This document shows, in pieces, positions 1 through 21,812 of a stretch of 64,000 nucleotides of DNA. The position numbers and the translations under genes were made by a program. Origin of the DNA: the human T2T-CHM13v2.0 reference genome, Homo sapiens; the NCBI RefSeq assembly GCF_009914755.1, contig NC_060943.1. One strand, 5' to 3'. The number at the start of each line of letters is the position of its first letter. Positions within the stretch are counted from its first letter, which is position 1. The notes under the pieces were generated by a model. That model searched no databases, was not told the DNA's origin, and saw only the letters and a list, made by a program, of their open reading frames with translations.

Positions 1-1092
1 GAGGAATAGGGAGCACCACATGACAGAGGGGCTGCCTCAGACCACAAAGCGCTTCCTCATCCTTTCCTCGCCCTTTGATGCCGCCGGCAACGTGACTCTG
101 CGAGCAGCGGGGCAGACGCCAGGTCTCCCTCGCAGGCGGGAAAGGGGCTCCAAGGCGGGTGCTGCCTTGCTCGGGTCACATGGCTACGTGGGGGCCTTGC
201 TCAAATTCACTTCCTGCCTTCATTACAAAACTGTCAAAGGGGATCGCACGTTTGCAGGGTGTCACCCAAGCATTCTGGTTTTGCAAACGACGCTGTGCGG
301 CAGGCGGTCTGATACCTGATGAGCTCGGTGTGGCGGGGTCGGCAGCATTTCCTCCGGGGTTTTGAGCTCTGGCCACTTCTCCTTTTGTTCCACCCAATCT
401 CACCCACTTCTGGGCTTCGAGGCCAGAGTGTCTTAACAAGGGGGCACGTCAGAGTCAATGAAGGGGGTGCCTGTACCCCACCCTAGAGACTGTGGTCCCA
501 CAGATCTGAGCTGGGGGAGGCACAGGCCTGCCTTGACAAGCTCAGACTGCCACACTTTCCTGAGAAGGCCATTTAAAAACAGTCATCAGCTTTGTTATGT
601 TTTGAGACAGCATCTCGCTCTGCTGCCCGGGCTGGAGTGCAGTGGCGTGACCAAAGCTCACTGTAGCCTCAACCTCCTGGGCTCAAGTGATCTTCCCACC
701 TCAGCCTCTCATGTAGCTGGTGCTATTTTTATCCCCATTTTTAAATGTTGTTAACAATTTTAAAACAGGCACGTGCCACCACACTCACCTAATATTTTAA
801 ATTATAGAGATGGTTTCTCACTATGTTGCCCAGCCTGGTATCGAACTCCTGGGCTTAAATGATCCTCCCACCTCAGCCTCCCAAAATGGTAGGATTACAG
901 GCATGAGCCACCGTGCCCGGCCTAATAGGGATCAGTTTTTAATTGCATCTACCCTGGAACCCAGCAATTCCCTCACACAGCTTACCTCACAGGTGTGCCT
1001 GCGAGTCAGTGCCATGTTATTTGAGATAGGGCAGAGACTGGAAACAACCTACGTACCCCCCAAAACGGGAGTGTTTTCCCTCTCTGCTGTCA

Positions 1093-2465
<1,373 letters not shown>

Positions 2466-2820
2466 CAATTAAGCAAACACTTAATTCCCACTCAGTTGTA
2501 GTGGGAGCTGTGTGAAAGCATTTTTCCCCATCAAATCAGACTTTGACAAAGTGCTTGCCTTTCCCAGGAGGGAGGCAGGGCAATGGCTCCCCTCCAGGCC
2601 TCTCTCCACTTGGGGTGGGTCTATCCCGAGCCCCTTCCCACCCTCAAGCTGGAGACACCCCGTGGAGACGTTAGCCACACAGAGCCGCGGGCGCCCCTGA
2701 GAATTCTCCCTCTCCTTCAACCCAAGTTCAAGACGGCAGGGGAAATTTTCATCAAGTTGACCCCGGTGCCACTTTAAAAAGGCAAGAAGCCAAAGATCCG
2801 CTCAAGAGATGCAGAAAGGA

Positions 2821-3163
<343 letters not shown>

Positions 3164-5324
3164 CTAACCCCATGGACAAGCCCCAGAAGAGCCAGGACCC
3201 CCAGCATGGCAAGGAGCAGCCTGAGGCTGTGGGACGGCACCCTGGAGAATCACAGCATCCCGCTCCAGCCACTGCAATAAGACAAGAAAAAGACATGGTT
3301 TCCACTCATCCGCCACAGAGGCAAAGCCAGGCCCAGGTGCAGTCAGTGAAGGGGCGGCCAAGCACGGAGACAGCTCCTTCCTGGAGGAGACCTGGGGTCA
3401 GGACGGGAACAGGAATGGGTAAGACCACCTCAATGTGGCAAAAAGTCCACCAAGGAGAATCAACCCAGGTGCCTGGGGAGCAGCAACAAGGAGGTGACAC
3501 TGGGGCCGGGCCTTGAGGAAGGACAGAGTCACCATGAGGAGGAGATGGGGGAGGGTGTTCCAGGCAGAGGGACAAAGAGCCGCCTGTCAGCGGGCACGGA
3601 GGCATGAAGGAGCCCTCGCTGTGTTCGGGGCAGCAGGAGGCTGACCGTGGCCACAGCACAGGGCGTGTGTGGGGAGTGGCCCCTGCTCTAGGCCTGTGAC
3701 CTTGAGAAGCATGGCAGGGCCCGGGGCACGGTGCCCACCTCCCCCCGCCCGGCCGCTCCTCAGGCTAAGCGTCTCCCACCTTGACCGCAGCCCTGGCGCT
3801 GCCTGCCCCTGCCTGCCCGCCCCTGCCTGCCCCTGTAGCGCTGGCTTCTCCCCTCAGGCCAGCCTGCAGAATCCAGCTCCAGACGGTGGCCCCTGGGCTA
3901 CTCCACTCCCTCATGGTGACCCCACAGGCCCCAGGGCCACCCCAGCACCCCAGGATGCTCTCCCCTCCAGCCAGGCTGTAACTGAGAGGTGCTGGTGCTC
4001 ACTCCCGTTGCACAAGGGCCTGGTACTGAAGCTTGGATGTTCACGTGGAGGTTGGGAGATTTACTGGAAAAGGCCACATTTGTTTTCACACCGAGCCCTT
4101 GAAGCTTGGTGCGTGTTTTCCATGTTCAGCACGTCCAGACTGACCGCATTTTAAGAGCCCGGTAGCCACATCTGAACGGGGGCTGCTGTCTTGGACGGCT
4201 CAGTTCCTGACCAAAAACTTCAAAGGAGCCACAGATGGGTGACAAGAAGCAGGAAAGAGCGCGCGTTCGGCTGGCCGTCGCAAGTCGTAATTTAGGAGAG
4301 GAAGTGGCGGATGGGCTACTGGGAGGAATCCCAGAGGCCTTGGAACCCAGGAGCTCCGAACGTGAAATGAGGCCGTCGGAAGCGAGAGGCCTTCTGGAAG
4401 GCTGTAGTAAATAGCAGAGGCGAGGGAGGCCAGTCTGCACAGGGCGGCTGCGGCGTGATCTCAGTTTTAATGGTTCTGTAATACCTGGGGCCTGTCGAGC
4501 GAGCATTCCAGATAAACGGGCAGCCACCACTGAGGGTGTGCAAGGGGAAAGGCAGACAGACAGACAGATGGACAGGAGGGGAGGGGGCGTTCCTGAGCAC
4601 CTGCACCCTCTAAAGTTCACCCTGACAAGCCCGGGGGATGGGTGTACTGCCCCACTGGTGCTGACTGAGCAAGCTCAGGTTCGGAGCCTCGGAGCCATGT
4701 TCCCAGTGGCATTAGCTGCTAAGTCAGGACTGGGGCTGCCTCGGGGAACACTGGAGCCCGTATTCTTTCCAGGACACCACAGCCCAGGCCGTGCCAGCTC
4801 TAATAGCTGATTAAATGTGGATGGTGTCAGGGTGTTAAAACTAAATGCCAGACCTGGCTCGGAGGTGGAGACGGTTGCTACAGAAGAATGAGGAATTTGA
4901 GCCAGGGGTGGGGTTGGGGGATTCGGAGTAGGAAAAGAGAGGAAAGAGCTTCACTGAGTGTCAGCGAGAGCAGGAGGGGAAGAGGAGGACCGAGCCGCCC
5001 CCCGGCCGCCACCCCGCAGGCCTGGAATGATCTCAGCAACCTCGTAAATCATGGATCAGAAACTGACAGCTCCCAAGCTGGATGTAGCCAAGAGTCACGT
5101 GCAGCCCACACTGCGCTTCCAAACATCCTGAATTAGGTGTTGTCAAAAATTGGAAGAGAGCCGGGGCAGTGGCTCACATCTGTAATTCCAGTGCTTTGGG
5201 AGGCTGAGGCGGGAGGATCGCTTCAGGCCAGGAGTTCAACACTGGGCAGCGTAGCAAGCCTTCATCTCTACAAGAGATTTTAAAAATTAACACACAGGCT
5301 GGGAGCGGTGGCCAGCTAGGGGAC

Positions 5325-5470
5325 CGCAGTGCAGTGGATCTGGAGGCTCAGCCCCGGCAGCTGCTCCCAAGTCCGAGCAGATCCAAGAGGGTTCGAATCC
5401 GATTCAGGCACTGACCCCACACAGCCTCGGTTTCTTCAACTGTAAAACGAGGCTGCTGCTCAATTTTAAT
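5325..5470 (+). mobile_element. MIR fragment with intact B-box
   Basis: GGTTCGAATCC (5390-5400) followed by MIR core-like GCCTCGGTTTCTTCAACTGTAAAA. Confidence 0.6.
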
Positions 5471-5970
5471 GAGAACACGCGTCAAAGGTGTTGGCAGCGG
5501 CTTCGACTCAGGTCGTCACTTGTGAGACAGCAGCTGGTACTGTGAGGTGGCCTTGGGCAGGCCGTGTGACCGCCACCCTGGAAGTAAGCTACAGCGGAGT
5601 GGAGGAACTCAGAGGCGAGAACAAACACTCTCATCTCTGCTATGAGCATGGACAATTCAAAGAAGCCCCACACGCGTAACAAGCAGCAAGTTCTTCACCT
5701 ATCTCCCTGGCCCAGGTAACGCGGGGACGCTGCTCCAATGGGAGAGGGGTCAGAGGCCACGGTCAAGCCAAAAAGACATTTACAAACCAGCATGACCTCA
5801 AATACCGAGACTGGGCCAGGCGCGGTGGCTCACGCCTGTAATCCCAGCAATCTGGGAGGCCAAGATGCATGGATTCCTTGAGGTCAGATGTTTGAGACCA
5901 GCCTGGCCAACATGGTGAAACCCCGTCTCTACTAAAAATACAAACATTAGCCAGGCATGCCAGCCACTCA

Positions 5971-6177
<207 letters not shown>

Positions 6178-7194
6178 TCAATGCATCCTCTCCCACCCGA
6201 GTTTTCGGGCACTTTAAAGAAAACCTAATTTTGAAAGAATTATAGAAGCACAGGAAGTTGCAAAAATAGTAACGAGAGTCCCGTGCGCCCTTTCCCCGCC
6301 TCCCCCAAGATGACTGACATCTTACATGACGGAAGGACAGTACTGACACCCAGAGCTGATGCTGGGACATCTCCACCCACCAGACCACAGAACCTGCCCA
6401 GCCACGCCTGCCCTCAGGTTCAAAGGCCCCGATCTCCCTTTCCCCGCTACAGTAAAGCTGCAGGTGGGCCCGGCTTCACCTGCGCCTGTCAGCAGGAGCA
6501 GGAGCTGCTGATACAGCAAGCATTGGGTTCATGTCCACTGCCCAGCCCATCAGGGACCACTGGAGGCTCCCCCAGAAGCCTGAGGGTCCCTGGCACACAC
6601 GAGGACTGGCACTGTCTCAAGGCCCTGCTGTGGCTGTGTGAACCACACGCTTGCCTTTTTCCACCCAGTGCTTCGGGCGGAGGCGGACCTGAGCTTTCCA
6701 AGGCTGCTCCAGTTTGGAAGAGGCTGCCTGCAGTACGGGGACAGAAATAGCAAGTCCGCGGCTGCACACTTCAGGAGGGAGGGAGGGCAGCACTCTAGAG
6801 GCCAGAAGACAGAGCTGCAGAGCTAAATCCCCGCAGGAGTTGAGCCGCTGCTCCCGAGGAAGGCAGGGCCCTCAAGCACTGCTGCCACCTGCGCAGACCC
6901 ACGGGACTAGGTGCAGTCACGTTCCCCCAGTTTGGGGAACTACAGGATGGTGGGCTTCCAGGAAGAGGCAGCGTTCTAGGTCTGAAAGAACACCGGTGAG
7001 GAGCTGAACACCCTGTCAACACTAAGTCCCCTACTTCTGTGTTTAAGAGCCACTGTCCCCAAGTGGTCACATCCTCCCTGTATCCCCTGGGCACTATTCT
7101 CAAACACAGAGCACAGAGGCTGCATCATGGCCCAGGAGCCCGGGATGACTAAGCACGGGGGCCGTCAGCACCAGGGCTTGCAGACTTTCAAAGG

Positions 7195-8205
<1,011 letters not shown>

Positions 8206-8466
8206 ACATAGGCGCAAACACACACACGCTTCGTCTTCATCGCTTGTTTCTCTGGAGAACCATAACACACTCGCATTTCTGAAACCCCCACGTGCTAGCT
8301 TTCTGGGAATATGGATTTCAAGTGCCCTCCAGGGCAGAAAGTAGTCACTGGAGGGCACAGCTGTGTGTGGCTGGTGTGGCTGGCACGGCTCCCATCTGCC
8401 CAGAAGCTGGGCCCTTTCTCAGGACCTAGAGTCCCTGGCGGGGATGAGGGACAGAGCCTGGAGCTA

Positions 8467-8805
<339 letters not shown>

Positions 8806-8998
8806 CTACCTAGGGAGACTCCATCTGGCCGTTTGCTATGTGGCCGTGGTGCACCGGCCCCCAGGAGGACACAGACTGGATTCCTGCACTTGAGGGGTTC
8901 ATGGTGTAGAAGGAAAGGATCCATGCTGTGTACCCCCATAGACACACCAATGACCAGAATCCAGGGCGGCTCCCCGGGAACTGAGGACGCTGCCTTGA

Positions 8999-9829
<831 letters not shown>

Positions 9830-10099
9830 CTAGTTACTCAGGAGGCTGAGCCCAGGAGGTCGAGGCTGCAGTGAGCCATGATCGTGACAATGTACTCCAG
9901 CCTGGGTGACAGAGCAAGACCTTGTTTCTACACAATAAAAAATTTCTAACAATTTAAACAAGCAAGTACATTGCACTTTATTGGGTGATTCAAGGAATCT
10001 TCAGAGGAAATTTCGACAGTAAGCTATTTTCACAAATGCCTTGACTCAGAACCAGATCCTGGAGTAACAGACAACTAAGCGCAATGCACACAGGAACCC

Positions 10100-10795
<696 letters not shown>

Positions 10796-11457
10796 GGCAT
10801 TATTGCGCCTATGCTCTCGTGGGTTTGGGCAATTCTTGTTTTATGTGTTGCCTGTAGCCAGGGGCTACTCAACCAGGCAGTGCAGCTTTAAATGGCTCTC
10901 TGGAAGAACAGGCCACCTCCAGAGGTCCCAATTCAGGAAGGAGCTAAAGCCAAGGTGGACAGCCAGAGAGGGGACTGAAGCAGGGAATGAAGGCGTGGAC
11001 TGCTCCTTCCATCTGGAAATTTCCAATCCCAAAGTTCGACCACTGTTCGCCTACAGCTGGAAGTGGCGTAAGCCACGGGGCACACAGGCCAGAACCGAGG
11101 CGATGGCGCTGGAGCTGGTGCTGCAAAGAGCTCGCTGGAAGGCAGGGGCCTGGGCACCGCTTCCTGGGCTGGACAAACACCATCTCATTCCATTCTCACC
11201 ATCGTCCCCGGAGGCCCAGGCAGGAGGGAACAGACTCACAGGGGTGGGGGAACCTGCCCGAGGTAACAACACCTGCCTGAGGTCAGGACAACCCCTGCTC
11301 ATCTTAGTGTCCCCCATGAGGGGAAACAGGGCCCTAGTAGGTGCTCACTGAGGAGCTGCTGAACAAGGACCCAGAAGAAGCAGAAATGGCGAGACCCTGG
11401 GAGTGGGACAGAAGGTAAGGAGGGGAACATGAATGAATGAATGAATAACATCAATGA

Positions 11458-11682
<225 letters not shown>

Positions 11683-12619
11683 TGAACTCTGGGCCTCAAG
11701 TAATCCACCCACCTTGGCCTCCCAAAGGGCTGGGATTACAGGCGTGAGCCACCACACCCAGCCATGAATGAACACTTCTGATGGCAGACTTGGAAGGTCT
11801 CAAGTACTGCTCAAAACATTGAAAATGCATTCTGGAGTCAGCTGACTAATCCATCTTAAATTTACTGGCAACCCAACTGTGGTTATTAAACAAAACAAAA
11901 CAAAACCTTGGCGTCCCTACAGCCAGCTTCCTCTCCTGGGGGAATCCTTCAAGAGATGGGAATCAAACCCCACACGGAAGAGAAATGTGAAGGGCGAGTT
12001 CTGTGCAGAGAATGAGGAACGGGTCCCCGTGTCTGGCTGTGCCCGTGTTGACTTGCACACATTGGCATCAAGAGTCTTCATCTGGGTCACAGAAGGCCGA
12101 CCCCCAAGCGGGAGAGGCCACCAGACATGCCACAGTCCCTGACACCTGGTTCTTGAGGGGTCACACCGCAGGCACGGCACCCGGACCCCAGCCAAGGGCC
12201 CCGGGGATCGCCCTGCCCTGCCTCGGCCTGCAGAACGGGAGTGCAGAGATCACCCTGGCATGACCCCACCAGTGTGTGCCCCCAACACCCAGTCCCCTCC
12301 CTCGTCCTGGAGCAGTGCGATTCTGCCAGCACGCCACCCGGACCCCAGCATACCCCTTTCTCAGATCCCTTCACCCAGGCCTCTGGTCGCCCTCCACCTC
12401 CTCAAAGCTTCTGCACTGGGTCAGCCCCTCACAAGGGTTTTCCGGTCCACTCACTTCAGAATCTGCACCTCTGCTTTCAGGGGCCAGCAGGGTCCCCTGA
12501 TCCCCACGCCTCCTCGTTCCTCACACTCTGGCTTCCCTGTCTCCTCACACTTCCAGCTTCAGGGACTCCACACACTGGGCACCGCCACAAGCAGGAGATG
12601 CCCTCTCAGAGATGCCCAT

Positions 12620-15075
12620 CTTGACATCTTGACCTCCCTGGGACCCCATCCTGACCCCCTCAGAACCCCAACATGAGACCCCTAGGACCCCCTGCTCTGC
12701 CCTCCCAGAACCCCCACAACATGACCCCCCGAGGACCCCCTAACCTGACCCCCCCAGAATCCCCCAACATGACCCCCGAGGACCCAACCTGACCCCCCCC
12801 ACAACATGAACCCCCTGGAACCCCTGTCCTGATCCCACTAGACCTCCCCCAGCAGAAACCCCTCCATCTGGAACCCGCTAGAACTCCCATCCTGACCCCG
12901 CTAAAGCCCCCCCATGTCCTGACACCCCTAAGACACCCCCTTGTCCTCAGATACCCCAGAACTCCCACCCTGACCCCCCCAAAGTCCCCCGATCCTGACC
13001 TTTCTAGGGTCTCCCACCCCATCGTGACCCCCTAGGACACCCCTCTCCCACATCCTGACCCTTCTGGGAGCCCCCTGTCCTCCCCTCTCTTCCCTTTTCC
13101 CTGGTTGTCTATGGACCTCCTCACCCCATCCTCTCCCCTAAGGGACCCCCCTGCCCCACCTTGGCACCCTAGGTGCCCTCTTCATCCCATGCCAACCTCA
13201 TTACTCAGGGACTCATTCCCCAAAAGGACCGCTCCCCGCCCCCCCAAGACCTCTCAGCCTGTCCTCCCCACCCAGGTGCTGCACTCTCAACCTGTGGCTC
13301 AGGCACCCTCCCACCCCATCTCTCCCCCATAGGAACCCTCCCACCCCATCTCTCCCCCATAGGGACCCTCCCACCCCATCTCTCCCCCATAGGGACCCTC
13401 CCACCCCATCTCTCCCCCACAGGGACCCCCTCACCCCATCTCTCCCCCACAGGGACCCCCTCACCCCATCTCTCCCCCATAGGGACCCTCCCACCCCATC
13501 TCTCCCCCATAGGGACCCTCCCACCCCATCTCTCCCCCATAGGGACCCTCCCACCCCATCTCTCCCCCATAGGGACCCTCCCACCCCATCTCTCCCCCAT
13601 AGGAACCCTCCCACCCCATCTCTCCCCCACAGGGACCCCCTCACCCCATCTCTCCCCCATAGGGACCCCCTCACCCCATCTCTCCCCCATAGGGACCCTC
13701 CCACCCCATCTCTCCCCCATAGGGACCCCCTCACCCCATCTCTCCCCCATAGGAACCCTCCCACCCCATCTTTCCCCCATAGGGACCCCCTCACCCCATC
13801 TCTCCCCCAAGGGACTCGCTTCACTATCATTTCAATATGCAGAACACCCCTTGCCTATCCTTCCCCCACAGGCCCCCACCGACACATCCTCTCCTCCCAG
13901 GGACCCCCTCAACCCCATCTCACAATTCAGGGGCCCTGCACCCCATCTTCTCTCTGCAAGGACATCTCCTTGGCCTGATCTCACGACTTAGGGATTCCAA
14001 ACCCCATCTTTTCCCCAAAGGGATCTCCCCTCACTCCAATCTCATTACTCAGGGACCCCACCATCTCCCCGATTTCACTATTCAGGGACCGTTCACCCCA
14101 TTTCACTACTCAGAGACCTACCACCATTCTGCTACTCAGTGACTCCATGCCCTGTCTTTTCCCACAGGGACCTCCCTTGGCCCTATCTCATTATTGAGGG
14201 ACCCTCACCCCGTCTTTTCCTACCAGGGACCCTACCCCATCTCAGTCTCATTACTCAGGGACCCCTCACCCCATCCTCTCCCCTCTGGAGCCCCCTTGCC
14301 CAGATTTCCTCCTCAGGGGCTGCCTGACCTCCCCACACCCCATCCTCTCCTCTCAGGAATGCCCTGCACCCCGATTTCCCTACTCAGGGTCTCCCCTCAC
14401 CCTCATCTCATGACTACGGCAACCTTTACTCCGTCCTTTCCTCTTAGGAACTCTTCACCCTCATTTCACTACTCAAGGACCCCACACTGTGTTCTCTCCT
14501 CTTAGAGATACCCCTCACCCCGATCTCACTGCTTGGGGAGCCTCATCCTGTTCTCTCCTTGGGGACACCCCTCATTCCGATTTTCCTACTGAGGGACTCC
14601 CCTCACCCCAGCTTCACTTTTCAGAAGCCCCACACCCCATCTTCTGCACTGCAGGGACCTCCCCTCACTCAACCTCGCTGCTCAGGGACCCCTGTCCCCA
14701 TCCTCTCCTCTTAGAGACATCCTTCACCCCAACTTCACTACTCAGAGACTCCCGTTATCCCAATTCCACTCTTCAGGAACCCCACACCCCATCTTTTCCA
14801 CCACAAGGACCTCCCCTCGCCCAATCTCACTGCTCAAAGACCCCCCTGCCCCGTGCACCCTTCGCCCCGTCCTCCGAGGGCCCCCTGCCCCGTCCTCCCC
14901 CGAGGGTCCCCTGCCCTGTCCTCCCCTCGAGAACCCCCTGCCCCGTGCACCACTCACCCCGTCCTCCCCCGTGACCCCCCTGCCTCGTGCACTCCTCGCG
15001 AACCCCCGTCCCCTCGCCCCGTCCTTCCCCGAGGGCTCCCTGCCCCGTGCACCCCAAGCCTCCGGCTGACCCCTG
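12620..15075. repeat. Degenerate C-rich tandem-repeat domain surrounding the VNTR
   Basis: ~25-bp CCTGACCCCC...AGAACCCC units (12640-13070), ~30-bp CTCATTACTCAGGGACCCC units (13830-14840) and ~27-bp CCCCCTGCCCCGTCCTCCCCCGAGGG units (14840-15075). Confidence 0.75.
13301..13810. repeat. 30-bp minisatellite, 17 units (AGGGACCCTCCCACCCCATCTCTCCCCCAT), MAP2K2 intron 1
   Basis: Exact 30-nt periodicity. Two variants: 11 A-type (CCCTCCC) and 6 B-type (CCCCCTC). Confidence 0.97.
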
Positions 15076-15083
15076 CCCACTCA

Positions 15084-15371
<288 letters not shown>

Positions 15372-15909
15372 CTACCGCTGCCGAGGCCCGAAGAAGGCTG
15401 ACGCCGCAGCCCGAGTCCGAGAGGCAGGGGGAGGGGAGGGGCGGCCACAAGATCGCGGACCGGCTTCTCGCGATAACGGGATCGGGAGCCGCGATGGACC
15501 CCACCCCCAGCCGCCGCGCCTGCGCAGCAGCACAAGGCCGCCTTTCGGAGGGGAAAGGGGCGGAGACCGACGCGAGGCGGTGCCGGGACCGGGCGCCCTC
15601 GCTTGCCTTACCACGGCGCGTGTGCCCAAGCGCTTGGGGCATGAGGCGCGGGAGCAGGGGAGGAGACGGAGGGATGAAGGCTGGGGTGATGGTCGTGCAC
15701 AGGTGGGCAGGGTAGCCAGACTCCTGAGAGCCTGTGGTGCCCCAGGCTGGGGCTGAGAGAACCCGTAAGACCCCAGAACAGTGGACGAGACCCACCCAGA
15801 GTCCATTTAATCTTTTTGGCAAGCGTGGACACACGCCCCTAGCCCCCACCGCCTTAGAGTGTCAGTTACTCCCCCTCCTTCATCAGAACAAGGCCACTCT
15901 AAAACATTT

Positions 15910-16960
<1,051 letters not shown>

Positions 16961-17030
16961 GGTCATAGGCTGGGCGCGGTGGCTCACGCCTGTAATCCCA
17001 GCACTTTGGGAGGTCGAGGCGGGTGGATCA

Positions 17031-17310
<280 letters not shown>

Positions 17311-17854
17311 TTAGCCAGGCCTGGCGGTGTGTGCCTATAGTCTCAGCTACTCAGGCGGCTGAGGCAGGAGAATCGCTTGAACCCGGGGGGCAGACGTTGC
17401 AGTGAGCCAAGATTGCACCACTGCCCTCCAGCCTGGGCGACAAAGTAAGACTCCGTCTCCAATAAAACAGAACAAAAAAAAATTTAATTTTTTGCCAGGT
17501 GCCGTGGCTCACACCTGTAATCCCAGGACCCTGGGAAGCTGAGGTGGGCTGATCACTTGAGGTCAGGAGTTCGAGACCAACCTGGCCAACATGGTGAAAC
17601 CTCGTCTCTACTAAAAATACAAAAATTACACACGTGTGGTGGCGGGTGGCTGTAATTCCAGCTACTAGGGAGGCTGAGGTGGGATAACTGAACCCCGGAG
17701 GCGGAGGTTGCAGTGAGCCGAGATTGTGCCATCGCATTCCAGCCTGGGCGACAGAGCCAGACTCACGCTCAAAAAACAAAACCAACCAACTGGCCGGGCG
17801 CGGTGGCTCACGCCTGTAATCCCAGCACTTTGGGAAGCCAAGGCAGGTGGATCA

Positions 17855-18167
<313 letters not shown>

Positions 18168-18309
18168 TCATCGCTCCCACCCGCTTGTCCAAAATTCAGA
18201 TGGATGCATATGTGGCCTCAAATAAGGACAGGCCCTTTCAGAGACAGGGCTATTTCCATGTTCCTTCTGTTTTGCCTAGCAATCTTTCTCCCATTTTATC
18301 CTATTTTAG

Positions 18310-18765
<456 letters not shown>

Positions 18766-18811
18766 TAACAATGAGCCATTAAAATAAGGAGAGGCCGGGT
18801 GTGGTGGCTCA

Positions 18812-19439
<628 letters not shown>

Positions 19440-19688
19440 TCACCTGAGGTCGGGAGTTCGATACCAGCCTGACCAACATGGACAAACCCTGTCTCTACTA
19501 AAAATACAAGGCCGGGCGCGGTGGCTCACGCCTGTAATCCCAGCACTTTGGGAGGCTGAGGCAGGCAGATCACGAGGTCAGGAGATCGAGACCAGAGACC
19601 ATCCTGGCTAACACAGTGAAACCCTGTCTCTACTAAAAATACAAAAAAATTAGCCAGGCGTGGTGGCGGGCACCTGTAGTTCCAGCTA

Positions 19689-20016
<328 letters not shown>

Positions 20017-20098
20017 TTACGAGTGGCTGTAAGCCAGCTGCAGTCCACTACTACTCCCAAAACCCCCCCAGATTCTGCGTTCTATCCCCATAGATTAG

Positions 20099-20390
<292 letters not shown>

Positions 20391-20431
20391 TGATCCACCT
20401 GCCTCGGCCTCCCAGAGTGCTGGGATTATAG

Positions 20432-20807
<376 letters not shown>

Positions 20808-21006
20808 TGAGACAATATTTTTGAGATTCATTTATATTATTTCACATAACGATAATTAGTTCGGTTTCCTTGCTAGATGATATCCCATTGTATGTACTGT
20901 GGGCATTGCCCTTGACATAGAACAGTAAATGAATCATCCTTCTGGCCGGGCGCGGTGGCTCACGCCTCTAATCCCAGCACTTTGGGAAGCCGAGGCGGGT
21001 GGATCA

Positions 21007-21384
<378 letters not shown>

Positions 21385-21575
21385 TGAGTAGCCGGGATGA
21401 CAGGTGCACACCACCATGCCCAGCTAATTTTTTATTTTTTGTAGAAATGGGCAAGGGGAGTCTCACCATCTTACCCAGGCTGGTCTCAAACCCATGGGCT
21501 CAAGCGATCCTCCTGCCTCAGCCTCCCAAAGTGCTGGGATTACAAGTGTGAGCCACCAAGCCCAGCCTGTTATGA

Positions 21576-21812
<237 letters not shown>

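Noticed and set aside
13301-13810. CRISPR-like regular repeat
   Set aside because: Units are directly tandem with no unique spacers; this is eukaryotic DNA with no cas genes.
13173-13991. Long ORFs (272, 201 and 205 aa) with decapeptide repeats
   Set aside because: Artefacts of a stop-free 30-bp VNTR inside an intron; no splice or coding context.
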